Assembly: GCA_013239625.1 (NCBI GenBank)
Contig: MU054212.1
Location: 9,534,898 to 9,598,897, forward strand
From: Lama guanicoe
Taxonomy: Eukaryota
DNA length: 64,000 bases
Direction of reading: 5' to 3'
Part shown: piece after piece, positions 45,501 to 59,639 of the stretch
Layout: each line of letters opens with the position of its first letter
How positions within the stretch are numbered: the first letter of the stretch is position 1
Notes under the pieces: generated by a model
The model's database searches: none
The model's input: only the letters and a program-made list of their open reading frames with translations
What the model was told of the DNA's origin: nothing
Program-made: the position numbers and the translations under genes

Positions 45501-48500
45501 TCTGCCCCGTGAAGCTGTTTCTGACTCCTCCCTTTTCCCCTTCGGAGTGCTGAATGCTGGGCGGTGGCCGGGGAGAGGGGAGGAGTGGGGAGTGGTGAAG
45601 CTGCTCAGCTGATGTCTTCATGCTGAGCGTCTGAATCCCCACCAGGCAAGGAACACAGAAGGGGCCCAGTAAATTCTGGGTGCCCTGAACTCAACTCTTT
45701 AAAATGGATGAAAAAACGATTTTCTCCTCTTTTCTCTGTTAAGCAGATTCTGGGTGCCTGCTTATTGAGCGGGCTTAAAGTGGGGCTCAGCCTGATCAGG
45801 GCGTGCTCAGTAGCACCCTCCTTGGGTGTCCAGAGTTGTGCTTGGGTTCCGTGCCCACTGCTGACAAGAGGCCTTCAGCGGCCCCCAATGGCATGCGCGG
45901 TGAGCAGTGCGTAGAGGGTGACACTCTAGAAATGTCCCAATTGGAGGAGGCCGATGCATCTCTCCCCACAGGCCCAGCCCGATGGTGCCACCATAACGTG
46001 ATGAGAGGACAACGAGGAGGCCCTTCTGTCCCCCACACAGTCCTGACCTGAAATGACACCGCTGGAGTGATATCCTGTTGGGGGAAGATTGTTTAAGCAC
46101 CGTCTGCCCTTGGCAGGACAGCATCCATGCCTTTAGCAGACGCTGAGGCCAGAGGAGAGGGGCCACCTTTGTCATCTCTGTGGTCTGGCCTGAGGGCTGC
46201 CCTGCACATCAGGGTGGGTGGGGGATTGGCTGTCAGAAGCCTAGGGGAGACTGTGGGGGCCACCAATAGCCCCCCAACACACACTCAGGGGAGGCGAGGG
46301 GACGTGGTGGGGGCTATGATGGCAGGAGAAGGCTGGCTCCCCCCCACTCCCACCCTGGCCCTCCCCCAGAGCGCTCCCTGCACACCTGCCTTGGAGGTCA
46401 CTGGCAGCTGCCGGCCCCTGTGCCTCTGGTCCCCGAACATTGGACCTGTTCATAGCTCAAGGTTCATTTCAAATGAAGGAGAAAGTGCAGCCCCACGCTC
46501 GCAGGGCAATCAGCGCGCTCCGTGATGAATGGAGCCTGTGTCACTCAGTGAAAATGAATATTTCTTTGCGATAATGGCCAGATGGTAGCAACTCTCCGAT
46601 CCAAATTAAAACATGCATGATAAATGCCAGGAAAACAGAGGAAGACAAAACCCCAACCTGGAGTGAATTCTCTCTATAAATCTTCCCCCTGCGCCCCCTC
46701 CCCCGCACCACGGCGGCCCTGCTAATAGCCATTAAATTATTAAGATGCGCTGCAAGGAGAATGCCAATGTCAGTGGCCCCCCGCCCCGCTGTCCATGTCC
46801 GCCCCCTGCCTGTGGGCCTGGCTATGGAGGGGTTTGGGGTGAGGAGATGAGAGAGGGGGCCACTTTTAGGCCAGCACAGAGCCAGGATGGTGGAGCAAGT
46901 TCCTGTTTAGAAAGCCAAGTGGGAGACTGACCTCTGGTCCAGGGCCGGACACGCCTGCCCCTACGGAGGGCACAGTCTATGTGGAGAGATGAGAAAGTAA
47001 CACCCACTGCCTGACTTCATGGCTCAGACAGAGGGCAGGAAAGGGTCTGAGCCAGGAAGCCCAGAGAGGAACAGCTGGAGAACACATCCCAGCAGGGTGG
47101 ACCCTGATGAGGGCTGTGTCCACTTGGAGCTGGGCATCTGGGAAGGGTCAGAGAGGACTGTCCAGGGGTGGGTGTGTGCTTGAAGGTGGGCGTGTACCTG
47201 GAGATCTGAAGGCAGCAGATACTGGGCAGGGCACAGGTGGCTTTGGGCTTATACTTCAAGTGAAAAAAGGGTCTTGAAATCAGGGTTTAGTTCCTTGCCC
47301 CCTGCCCCTCCCCTCACAACTGGAGGCTAAAAGGGTCTCTCATCCTCCTTGATACCCTGTCCAGCCCCGCGCTCCCCCAGGTGGCCAGTCTTCCCGCATC
47401 CAGCTTCCATCAATCATTACCCTCATCTGTTATCTCCAGGACTTCCTATCATCTTCCAGAAAACCCCCAATTCTTTAGCCAGGCATTGCTTGGGATCCTC
47501 TCCTCGGGCCCAACAGTTTCCTCATTTTCCTTGGACAGGCTCTATGCCAGGGGACCTGCATTTTGTCTCACCGGCTTCTCAGCCTGATCCCCTCCAATAG
47601 GGAGCCTCCTCCAGAAAGCCTTCCCTGACTGCTTCCACCTGCGCAGCTCTCTTCTCTGGCTCCTGCTCTCTCCACTGCTGCTCATCTAGTGCTTTTGAGG
47701 CTGTAAACTGATCTCCTCCCCGGACTGTGAGCTTCTCTAGGGTCCAAAGCTCAGCAAAGACTTGAAGACACCTTCCTGAGTCCCCACGCACCTGTCTTTC
47801 ATGGTCCATCAGCTCACCAGGGGAAGGACTCATCTCTCTGCACTTGAGTCCCCTGGAATTGGCCATTCCCGCCTGAGCCTTAAACCTCCTAAGTCACCTG
47901 GGTCAGGATCATGGATGGATCTGTCTCTGATATGGCCAAAAAGAAAACCCGTGCTGGCTGGTCCCTGCTGACCTCCAGCCTCTGCAATGCCTTCCTCCTC
48001 TCCAGACCCAGACAGATAAGATCCTGAGTACCCAGGCTGGCTCCCCTCTGCTGGGCAGACACGGAGTTTCTCCACCTGCTACTCCCTCCACGCTGAGAAA
48101 GGCCAGAGACAGACTCATCCTACTGCTGAGTGGGTTTGTACCTTGAAAAGTTCCACTTCAGACCCTCCCTGGATGCCCCTACACCCTTCCCTTTATCCAA
48201 AGGGCATGGGGGAGGGGAATGAGGAGCTGGAAAGCTCAGCCTGAGGGCTGTGGTCCAGCCTCATCCTTTGTGCCTCTGATGGGTGGCGTTGATGCTGGGA
48301 GAACTTCAACACAGCAGCCAGATCTAAGAGAAGGCAGCAAGGCACAGGTCCTGCCCAGGAGAGCTGAGGGGTGAAGGCTGATTATTGGCTGTGTGAAAAT
48401 AGGGGTGCTGCTCGGCCTGCCTCGGGGCCCAAGGAGCTCTTACAGGAGGCTCTGGATGACATAATGAGAGGACCGAGGCCCTCCTGCTCTATTCATCTTC

Positions 48501-51500
48501 CTTCCAGAGCCTGGGCTCAGTTTTAGCAGCAACTGTTGCAGGCGTTGCCTTGTTCCCACATGCACCGTCCTGGGCTGGGTGGGGAAGGAGCCTCTAAGAG
48601 CAGGCAGGCACGTTGGAACAGGAAGACTGGGCAGCAGCATAAAGGAGAGACACGAGACCCTGGGATGGGTCTGGTGAACTTGGGCTGAGAGGTGAGAAGA
48701 GGCAGGGTGCCCTGCGTGCATGAGTGTAGGTGCCTGTGCTCTGGAATTCGAGGAGCAGTGAGACCCACGACGCACCACATCTGGTCTTCCCACGGCAGAG
48801 AGTGGACCCTCTTCTCCAGCCAAACCAATTCTACGTTGTTTTTTAAAAAGATCTAAGATGCCACATATTTGCCTTGCTTGTCTCTGTTTTCATGTCTTTC
48901 CCTGTGACACAGCCCAGATGCTACCTCTTGGTCGTCCCAACAATCACTCCTCCAGGAAGCCCTCGTTATCCTGCCCTGTTCTGATGAATTCACATGCTCA
49001 GCACAGCTCTGGCCCTGGGCAGTATGATTTCTATTTGCACTTTGTTGATCACACCTTATCATTATCAGAGGTCCTCACCCCCATCACCCCTCATTTCCCA
49101 TGCACTCTAAGAATAAAATCATTACAGCGGCTGTCATCAGGGAAGATTCCACGGTTCACCAACTGTGTTCCACCTACGACGGCTCAAAGCGGGTGTCACC
49201 ATCTCCTTTGCAATAGGAGGGGGTGAGGCATCACTGTGGGAAGGGCAGGAAATTTGGGTGTGACGCCCAGCCCCATCTCTGCTGGTCTTCTGGCTTGGTT
49301 CCCTCCCCAATCTGGCTGAGCCTCCTTCAGCTACCGTGTTTCCAAAACACTACTTATATCCGAGTCACTGTCTGCCCCCAAGCCTTTAATGGCTTCCTTT
49401 CACCAAAATGCATCATTTAAAGCACCTTCTGGGAACCAGTGTTCCCGTATCTTGTCCTCCCCCCACAGTAGACCCCTCATTCTGGCCTCTGGGGATCCTC
49501 CAAGCTTTCCTTGGCCCAGGTTATTTTCCCACCTGGGAAACTCTGCCTTTCTGCATTCAAATCCTCTCCCCTCTGAAGGCCAAGCAGGCCCCTTTCTGAT
49601 CTCTCTGGTCCGTGCTCTCTCCCTGCCTCCCACCCCCACTGCCCCCTGCACAACCTCACCGCTCCCACGTTGCTATCAGGCTGTTCCGAGTAGGGTGTGT
49701 CAGGGACCAGGAGGGCGCTGGATGTCTCTCACCCACGTCAGGGCTACAACGCAGCAGACTGCCTGTGACACCCCCCTCTCATCCTGCGCATCTCCGGAGG
49801 AAGTGAGCATTTGCCTCCTGCGTTGCCCACGCAGCACCGGCAACAGGCATCCATGGGAGTGACATGGCGTGGGAGACCGCGGGCGGTGGTCCCCTCTCTC
49901 TGTCATTCCTATTCCTGTCACCATCTCCTTCAGCCTGGGCACACATGCGGCAGCTTTTAAATATCATCCAGGAGCCCATTTGCAATGATTAATATCCCAT
50001 TTCCCCTGAAACAGTCCTTTGCTAAATTAGCCGGGGCCAGAGGGAATTTAGTGAGGAGCCACGAGTCTCAACTTAACTTGCCGAATGGATTAAAAGAACC
50101 TTAGAAACAAAATGCAGATCAATCAACACCCCTTCCCCCGGCTGAAAACCTAAAGTCCATTTAAGCTCAGCAGGTTTGCAGTTAATTATAATTTCGCACC
50201 TATGGCAGGAGTTACCGAGGTATTTATAATGTGTGTCTGTCTCATGGGCCCCTCTCTGGGGACCCTTCCCACCAGCCACCTCCTTCCCCAACCACAAAGA
50301 CCTGTCTTCAAGCAGCAGCTGCTGTTTGGGTTCAGTTGTGTAAACAAGAGGACCTTCCTGGATTTGTAAAAATTCTTTTTAAAAGGAGCTTGGGAAGGAA
50401 AGGAGGCAAAGATCCTTTTTGAAGTCAGAAGGAACAGGGATTATGGAGAATAAAACTGCTGGGCAGGGGAACTTTGCACCATGATCCAAAGAAACTAACT
50501 GTTGAAAATGCTTAAACAAAAGTAGGAGAGATTGTGGTCAGATATGTGGTAGAACTTCCTGCCCCTCAAAGAAGCCAAGCCCTGGACGGACCACATGGCC
50601 GGGTGATGAGATGTCTAATCCTTAACCCTTTCCAAGGCAGGTGACTCCTGCCCCAGCTTGAGCACTACGACTGCCTGGGAAGTGGGGATGTGCCATCTTT
50701 ACGTCGGACACGAATTTCCCGAGCTGAGCACTGTAATGCCTTTTCTTAAACATCAGTCCAAAATAAATCAGGAACTCAAGTACATGAAAGATCTGCCAGG
50801 ACATTGGCTCTGGGGCTGGTGTTCACGGGAAAACATTACAATCTACAGCTAGAGAAATTCCGGTGGGAATTGAACAGGCCAGGCCGACAAAACAGGGTTT
50901 TGGAGCTCTGAGGAAGGAGGCCGAGGAGGCCGGAGTTTCTTTTCTTCTTGATGGTTTTTAAAAGCAGGAGGGGCTGGGTGAGGTGCCGACTTGTGGGGGA
51001 AGGGTGGACACGATGGCTCCTGGGGCCGCTCCGGGCCACCGGGGTGCCAGCAGGGCAGTTGGCAATCCCACAGACAGAGGTGGTTCACCTTGACCCCTCG
51101 GTCCAGCCCGCTGGGCGCAGACACAGCTGTGGGAAGGGAAAGAATGTTGAACCGAACAAGCTGAGGAACTGAGGATCCGGGGGTCTGCAGGGTCTGGGGG
51201 TGGGGGAGTGAGGAGAGGCACCCCTCCCCCCACAACACATCCACATCACACACACATCTGGGCCGCGGAGGAGCAGGGACACTGCCTGCTTCCAGGGAAT
51301 TCTGTGGGGCACAGAAAGAGCAGGGCTGGGGAGGGGGGAGCGTTTTCTGCTCCGAATGGCAGACACCTCTTCTTTAGGTGCTGGCTTGGGGCCTCAGTCC
51401 CTGGATCCCTTCTCAGCCCAGAGTTGCTCCCTCTGGCTGGGGTGGGGTGAGCTCCACTCGTTTTGGGGTCTCTCAGGCAGGCTACAAACCGGGAGCCCCA

Positions 51501-54324
51501 AAGTAGAAATCAGGATGTGCTGGACCCCAGGCGGAGGCTCCTGAGGCCCCAAAGGGGAGAGACTGGGGTGGAGGCCGAGGGGTTCTTCTGGGGGCCTGTC
51601 TGTTTTCCAGACAGCGACTTGGCTGCTGCAGAAATGAGGCTTTTCTTGGGGCCAGAGTCTCTTTCCTCCCCGCACCCCCACCAGGGGAACCTCACCCAGG
51701 ACCTCTCGCGGGAACTCACACCTGTCCTTCCAGCCTGTTCTTAACATCTTCCCCCATCCCTGCCCCTGAACTGCATCTCGGGCTAGGGACCATTTAGAGT
51801 AATACGTTTTTTTAAAAGCACCTTGTTCCCCAAACTCTTAGCATAATTTCAGGTTAATCTTCCACATGCTGTGGCCCCTGGCCCTTTAACCTTATGTTTC
51901 TTGTACCCACTCCTGCCTGGGACAGGGGCTTCCTGGCACCACCCTGAGGGATTTCTGTTCACCCAGAAACTTTTGTCAAGTGAGTCGTTTATTGCCTCTC
52001 AAGATTGGAAAATAGAAACTTCTGTATATTGAATTTTCATAAAGTGGGGTCATTTCACGGACTGCCCTTGAAGCTGCCTGCCTGGGATGTGAAACCAAGC
52101 AGCTAGAAGAGTCTGGAAGTGAGAAACCCAGCACCGGGGCGGGGGGTCATCAGAGTGGCCGTGGGTCCCTCGAAGGCCCCCTGACAGCATGTTGTCTGAG
52201 TCTGTTTAGAAATAAAATAATGCTCGGAGGAGGAATGAGGAACTTAATAGGATTTTAAAAGCTGCAGGAACTGATGGGGATACAGATGGTGGAGGGGCCG
52301 GGATGACGGAGTCAACCCTGGTTTTATGGTGGGGAATGCAGCCCCAGGGAGGGCCTTGGAGCCACGTCCACATGCATCGTGTCCAACCTCATTAGCCGGC
52401 CCAGCGGGGCTCCGCTGCCACATGAGCGCTGGCCGAGGTGAGGGGGACAGACGCCCTGAAGATGTCGTTAAGTGGACGGGGAGCTGCGAGGGGCTGAGGA
52501 GCCGCTTGGCTAAGTGACCGACCCACACCTGCCTTGGACCAAGTGAAAATGGATGACTCACAGGCTGTTCCACCTGCCCCGGACCCTGCACGCCCTCCGC
52601 GCCCTGCCCCTCCAGCCAGAGACAGACTGAGACGGGGCGGGAAATTGAGCTGGTGGAGAGATGCAGACGTGGGCTCCCAGGTCTGCAGAGGGAGGAGATG
52701 GGGGCGATGGAAGCTGCAGCAGGGCCCTTCAGCCCCAGGCTGCTCTGCAGGACTTGGGGGGACATGAAACAAGTTCCTTCACCCTCTTCCATATGTGGGG
52801 AGTCCATGGCTGGAGCTCAGGGCCACCCTCCTTGACATCTCCTGAACCCCCCCGAAGCCCTGAGCCAGCGAGGGGACCACAGGACTTTATAACCGGGAGC
52901 TCAGCCCTCCTGCTCACTTCTGCCCCACGCCTTTCCTTCCATGATTATCGAGCTTCCGCCCAGGCTCCCCTCCCAGGTTCAGTCTCGGTTGCTGCCTTTG
53001 CCGCCCTTCCCTGGGCCTGACGAAGGCCTGCTCAGGACAACACACCCGGATGGACCAGGGAGGGATCACGGGGGCCCCTCGGTGGTCCCCGTGGCAGATG
53101 TGACAGTTTCCCCAGCTGGGGCCTCGCGTGTCTCACATGTCCCTGCAGGGGTGAGGGCTGAGGCAGCGACCCAGACTGTTCTCCCCTTTGCTCCTGTCCC
53201 CTCTGGAGGGGCTCCCCGGTGCACCCCTGCCTTCTCTGAGCGAGCAGCGCCTTGAATCCCCTCTCTCCTAGGCCCCTCTTTCAAGCCATCCTGGTTTCTA
53301 GCCTCTCCAGCTCCACATCCTGACATCTTGTGTTCTGTCTGTCATTTCATATTGATGAGCTGAAACCCGTGGCCCCAGGCTGTGCGCCACCCCCAGCCAC
53401 TGTGTCCCTGGCGGGGGCATTTGGTTTCCACTTCGCTAAGATGTGCATGTGAAATTGAGTGTGTGTGGTCGTGTGCCTTTGTCGGTGGGAGTGGAAGGCA
53501 CGTTGGTGGGAAAGGTGTGTGAGTGCCTCCGGGCCTCCTCCAAATGCAGCCAGGATGAGGCCTGCATCAGCCAAACCTTCCGACCTGTGGATGGCTACCG
53601 GGAAGAGGCGGGGGTGGCTTCTGGTGATGGGCAGCTTTTAGGGCACAGCGTGCGTCTGCTGGCCTCACTCCCCTGGTTAATGAACTGGCTCGCTTGTTTC
53701 GGGGTGAACGTGAGTTGAAATACAACTTGCTCCACCACGTTCGGCGGGGTGAACCGGCTTCTTCTCGCAGAGGGACGGGTCCTAGGGAGAATCTTTCTCT
53801 TTCGGTTTTCCTTCCCAGCCTGGCTGGAACCCTGGCTCTTGGTGGTGGTAGCAGGGACCGTCTCCTCTCTACCTGCCTGGTGACATTACAGCTGGGATGC
53901 CCTCTTTCTCTGCCTCGTCCCCCCCACAGAGGCAGGGGCTCCTGCTTCTGAATGAGACAAGCACAACCCCTTGGCTTTGTATTCAAAGCCCCATTTTTCC
54001 TTTGGGCCCTCACTGTCTCCTGCCAAATCTATGTCTCTTGGTCCAATTTTCACCTCCTCCAGGAAGCTCTCCCTGCCTGCTCCTGGTCACAATGAGCTCT
54101 CTCTTATCTGCCCCACTCCAGCCCTGGTCTCTCATGTCTTATGGGTAGGTCTGGGAGCTCCTGGTCCAGCCCTGCCCTACCTCCTTCACCTGGGACCCTG
54201 TTCTTTTCCCCTCAGTCCCATTGAGAACGAGACTAGAGGCATGACAAATGCTTGCAGCACCTTCCCACTGCCCCCTGAGTCCAAAAGACTATCCTGGGAG
54301 TCCGAGGAGTGCTGAGCACCCAGG

Positions 54325-54515
54325 TGCTGGTGACTGACAGGCAGGGCTTTCAATTCTGACTCTGCCACCACCTAACTGTATGCCCTGAAACAAGTTACTT
54401 AGCCTCTCTGTGCCTCTGTGGGGCCGATAACATCCACTTTCCAAAGTTGTTGTATGAATTAAACATATTTGTTTAAAATCCCAGCCGGCACTGGGTGCTC
54501 TGTAAACAGTAGCTT
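54325..54515 (+). mobile_element. MIR SINE
   Basis: ctgactctgccaccacctaactgtatgccctgaaacaagttacttagcctctctgtgcctc...gttgttgtatgaattaaa. Confidence 0.8.
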
Positions 54516-57210
54516 TACTGGAGAGGGAGCTCTCCCATCCCTGGGGGAGGGGGTGGAGGTCCAGAGAGGTGGGGCTGCGCCAGCGCTCATCCTGGACAAG
54601 GATGGGCTCGGAATCCTGGACCAGAACAAGAACTGCCATCCTGTGCTCTTTCTGGGGAGCCCCCGCTGAGCGCCCGCCCAGGCAGCCCCTCTTCCTCGTG
54701 GTGCATTTCAGATACTGTAGCTCCATTCCAGCCCCCCTGGAGGAAGGTTGGAGCCAACCCCACACCGGAAAGAAGAGAACTGAGCTCCTCAAGGGTTCCA
54801 ACAGGATGGTGGCCTGTTGGCATCAGCTCGCTTTTCACATCAGAGACCAGAGCCCCGAAAGTTACAAAGCAACCCCTGCACACACTGACCTCCTGCCAAC
54901 ACTCCGGCACCCACGCCTGTCCCTGGACTCCCCATCTCTGTGTGTGGGCTGATGTGACCAAGGGATGCTTCTAGAAGCATGAGACTTGGAATAAGAAGCT
55001 GGGACTTGATATGACTGTGCAGTGGGCTGAGGACTCTCTCAGTGGTGGGCAAGGTCCAGAAAAGCCTGCCTCCTGTCCCCTCTGGGCTCAAAGCCTCCAG
55101 TCCTAAGCAAAGAATTCATCTCTTTGCGCTGCCCATGGGCACTCAGCTGCCCCTGGGGTGCAGCTGGGGGTAGTAAGGGCACACATGGCCCATGTCCTCA
55201 GGGTCTCCGGGATGCTGTATCGCTTGGGATGGGGAGACCCACCCTCTCCCTCTGGGGCCACTTCCTCGTCCTGCCCCTCCTTTCTCCACCCAGAGGTGCC
55301 CCCACGTCTTCCTAGCTCCCTCCCGTCTTTCTCCCAGGCCTTCCTCCGCTGGCCCCTTTCCCTCACCTTTCTGGGCTCTTCCTTCCCCATCGCCCCTCCC
55401 CACAACGCCCACCCCTGCCTTCCATCCCCTTCTCCTGTTCGCATTTCTTTCATCTTTTTTAATGTTCACCTCTCCCCCATCCCCTCCCCCTCAAAGAAGT
55501 ATTTAATGGATATTAAATTATTTTAAACTTTTTTTACAAATAGCTTGGTGTTGATGCTGACTCAGGAACATCTCGCTGTTTAATATTGAACATGCAATTA
55601 ATAGATAGATGTTTAGGTTTGTCTCTCTTCCCGCCCCCCCTTTGTACTGCAGGAGGAATAAAAGAGCTGATTAATCTGGCTTGGGGCAAGTGTCAGAGCA
55701 GGAGATATATGGGAGAAAGGAGATGAGGTTAGCAACTTGGAGTCGGAGAGCTTTTGCCTCCGAGGCAAGTGAAGGGAGAAATGGTTTGCGTTGGCGCTCA
55801 GCGAGACCTCGCTGGGGAGAGGGCTTCCCGCCACCCCTCTCGGGTTCTGAGTGAACTGGCGGGACTTTGAGCTGTCTGCTCCGCACCAGAGGGACCTCCC
55901 TCCATGGGGCGCTGTTCATGCTGCCCCGACTTCTCCAGATATGGAATGTCCCCTCCTTCAAGGCAGCTCAGGTGCCACCTCTTCAAGGTCTCTGGCAGCC
56001 CCTACCTCGGGACCCCCTCCTCTGGGACTGTGGGTGCCACTTCCTCGCTGAGCTACCTCCCCACACCCGAGAGCATTCTCCCCACCTGAGATGGAGTCTC
56101 CACTGCCTCCTGGCCCTGCCACATGGACAGGGGTTGCCGGTGAGTCATGGCATAATGGGGTGACCCGGGTCCCAAATCTTGCTCAGCCTGCTTCCTGGAG
56201 ACAGTCTCTAGGAGAGGCCCTGCCTCTGTCCCATGTCACTGAGGGGAAGCCTGCGTGAGGCTGGACCCCACTCCTCTCCCTGCCAGGGCCGGGGGTCCCT
56301 GGCCGTGGGTGTCTGAGGAGCCTCTGTGAGCAGAGAAACTGAGTAACTGGACAGCCAGGAAAGGGGCAGGAGCACGCAGCGTGAGCCCTTCACACCTGAA
56401 CCATTTCACTCTTCAACTGAGCCACCTCTGTTGTCGGGTCCTTATGATGGGAAACTCTCAAAGGGCCACGGGGAGGCGTGCCTGTGCTCTGTGGGGAGAG
56501 GCTCCATCAGGCGGCACCAGGACACTAGCTCTGGCGAGTGGCATTCAAGCCTGGGTCAGGAGGGCCCCAGAGCCATAGAGGCCTTGTGCTCAGGTCAAGG
56601 CCCTGCTGTGGCGTGAGCCGGAGGGACCATAGGTCGCAGGCGCAGGCAGGCCACCTGTGGCCACACTCCAGTCCCCTCAGGTCAAGGGCCTGATTTTATG
56701 GGTGAGGCTCTGTCATCCTGCTCTGTCCCCTTCCAGACACCTCCCTGTCTGCCTGTATGTAGCTCCAGGATCTTGACCTCAGCGGTCCTAGGCCTGGACG
56801 GCAGCCCTCCCTTGGCCTGAGCCTTCCCAGGGCAGGGCTGCAACCCATTTCCTTCCTCCTGGCCTGGCACCCTTTCTATTGCTCCATCACAGTGGGGTTT
56901 TCCCTGGTGACATGGAGGTGGGCACACCATTTGGGGTGTCCTAAAGGGGGCAGAGGAGTGCCCAGGACATACTACTCATTAATTCATGGGAAAAAGGAAC
57001 CCCACCCTCTGGCAGACCCCAATTCTCTCCCCTCTTCTTCACTGTGTCCCCACCCCAGTCACCCAAAGCTCCAAATCCCTGTCCCAACCCCCAGCCACAA
57101 GGTCCCCAGGGGGCAGGAGGAGGTGGCAGGGAGTCGCTGCATCTCTGCATCAGGGGAGGGAGAGAGGGGGGGAGGCGGAAGGGGAGGGGCAGAGACAAGT
57201 GGGCCCTCAC

Positions 57211-57289
57211 GTGAAGGGGGCTGGCGCAGGCAGCTACTACCTCCTCGGCTCTCGCTGTCCGCGGGCTTCACCTGGATCGGCCGGTTCAT
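57211..57289 (-). CDS. CELF4: CELF4 exon 3 (79 nt): [26 protein letters not shown], end of RRM1 and linker. An internal donor would end the exon at 57241 (49 nt).
   Basis: Acceptor ctctgttgcAG|ATG with a CTAAC branch motif at 57317-57321; donor TCAC|GTGAGG; starts in phase 0, ends in phase 1. Confidence 0.96.
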
Positions 57290-59639
57290 CTGCAACAGAG
57301 CAGAGAGGAGGGCAGTGTTAGAGCAGGCTTGTGTCCTGCCACCCACACCCAAAGGTACACTGGTGTTCACAGGTCCGCAGCACACAGACCACACCCACTG
57401 ACACGTGCACCTGCACACGGGGCACCGGGACAGCTGCAGAGGGGCAGGTCCTCCCTAAACCCCACTGTCTCCCCTCGCCCATGCAGTCCTCAGGGCCCCG
57501 TGTCTTCAGGAGAGTTCCTCAGGATTGCTAACCCTGTGGTGTTCCCCTCCCAGCTTTGAGCATCTCTTGCTAACTGTGATACCAGAGTCTGGGGTGTCCC
57601 CTGGGCGCCTCTCTGGCCTGCCCTGGTTCACTGGAGACAGCTGACTTCGCCTAAATGAACTGGTCTCTGGCTGCAGACTGAATCCTACTCAGGTTGGGGC
57701 CTGGCAGCAAGCTGCGCCCCACCCCTGCACCACCTCACAGATGTGGCTGTGGGTTCTGGGGTGCCTGAGGTTCCTGATTGAAGCAGAGCTCAGGGCTGGG
57801 GCTCTTGACTGCAGCCAAGCTGTCCCTGCAGGGAGTGTGCGGAGTGGGCACAGCTTCTTGTCTCCAGTGGCATCTGGGCCCTAGGGGAACCCCAGGGCAC
57901 CGTCTTCCTCCCCCTGTCTCCCAGCTGCGGGCTTCTCTGGAGGACCCATTTCAATGCCCCTTTCAGGCCACTAGGGGGCTCTGAACTCCAAGCATCCTGG
58001 GCTCCGCAGCTGGTTTTTAATCCTCCTACGGCCCAGGCACGGGGTGGGCTCTCAGGCTCTGAGGGCCCAAGATATTTCAAACAATAAAAACGGTAGGAAT
58101 CAGGCAAATGGAATGGTAGTGCTTTGGCTTTGTGCTTTGGCTGGACATGTACCTCCCGTATCCCTTATCCCATTTACATTTCGCTCACAAACCAAGCCTG
58201 AGAGGCAGGGGGTGCAGGTCCCGAATGCCCCCATTTTATAGATGGAGGGGCGGAGGCAGGGCCACCTCGTGGCAGCATGAGTCTGCCAGGGCTATTTCTG
58301 GGCTTGCGTCCCGCACCAGGTGACCTTTCGTTGCCAGTTCCCCTCGTGTCCGGAGGCTGGACCAGCCAGTCACAAGCTTTCTTCTGGTCTAGGATTCGTA
58401 GTGAGTTTTGGCTGCGTCAAGATGACTGGGTTGGGGAGCGTGGGTGCCCATGACTCAGCAAGGTGAGGATGAGGCCAGAGGAAGGGCAGAGCCACCAAAA
58501 GGAAGCACAGAGGTGGGAGGCAGGGCTTAGGTCAGAGGGAAGGAGGCACAGGTGGCCGGGGGGCAAGACAGGACACGGTGGGGGACATCCACTGAGAGGG
58601 GGCCCTGGTACCACTGTCTGCCTGGAGGTCTCCACTTGGTACCTCTTCCAGAGTTGAGGGGAAGGAAGGTACTTTGTATGTGAGCTCTGCCAGCAGAGGA
58701 CATTGTGGGGTTATGGGAAGTTCCAATCACAGGGAGAAGGAAGAGGGACGCAAGGAAATTCCCAGCTTCAATTAAGGGGCCCTGGCTCCCCTATAAACCA
58801 CTTCCTTTCTAGTCCTTGAATGAAGGGTCCAGAAGACTGAGCAGACATCTTGCACGGGAGAAGGGCTCCTAGAGGGAACCAGGGCACTCCCAGTTTCCCG
58901 TTCTGTGCCCCTAAGACTGGACGCCCAACCCCGTCCCAGGCACATTCCACCTTGTCCTCCCTCCTGACCCCTTCCTCTGAGCCTCCTCCAAAGCTGCACT
59001 ATTCCCCTGGGTATATTTCTACAGCTTTCTTGCTTATGTAATTATTGTAATTCTCTGAGGGAAGGATTACTATCTCTCGCTTGCTAATGAGAAGCCAGGC
59101 TCCGAGGAGTGGCAGATTTGGGATGCAGCCAGAGTGGGTAGGCACGGTGCTAACATTACAAGGGTGGATTGGCCCTCCTGTATTTCATCTCGCTTGACCT
59201 CAAGCTGCTCTAGGGGGAGGGGGCCAAGGGAGGAGATTGGGGGGAAGACATCCATCTGGAGAGGGGAGATTGGGCCACCAAATCAAATACAAGCTCTTCA
59301 CCCTAGCCCCCCCAAATTTGGCCCCCACCTCCTCTTGCATCATTCTAACCCCCACTTCCCCAGTGCCTCCTCCCCTTGGCCTGCAGGCCCCTCTCCCACA
59401 CCCCCACCAGCCCTTGGCCCTTGACCATGAAGCCTTCCTGGTACTCCAGTGGGAGGGGTCCTGCAGGATGTCTCCCATTTCCATACAGAAGGTACAGTCA
59501 AGGATGGAAATTGAGTTGCAAGGGGAACACTCAGGTCCCCCAAAAGATGTACAACTGCTCCACCTACAGGAACACGAATAGACGCTAAAATAGTATATTG
59601 TTGATTTGTCATCTCTTCCCCTGTGCAAATAGATAATCT

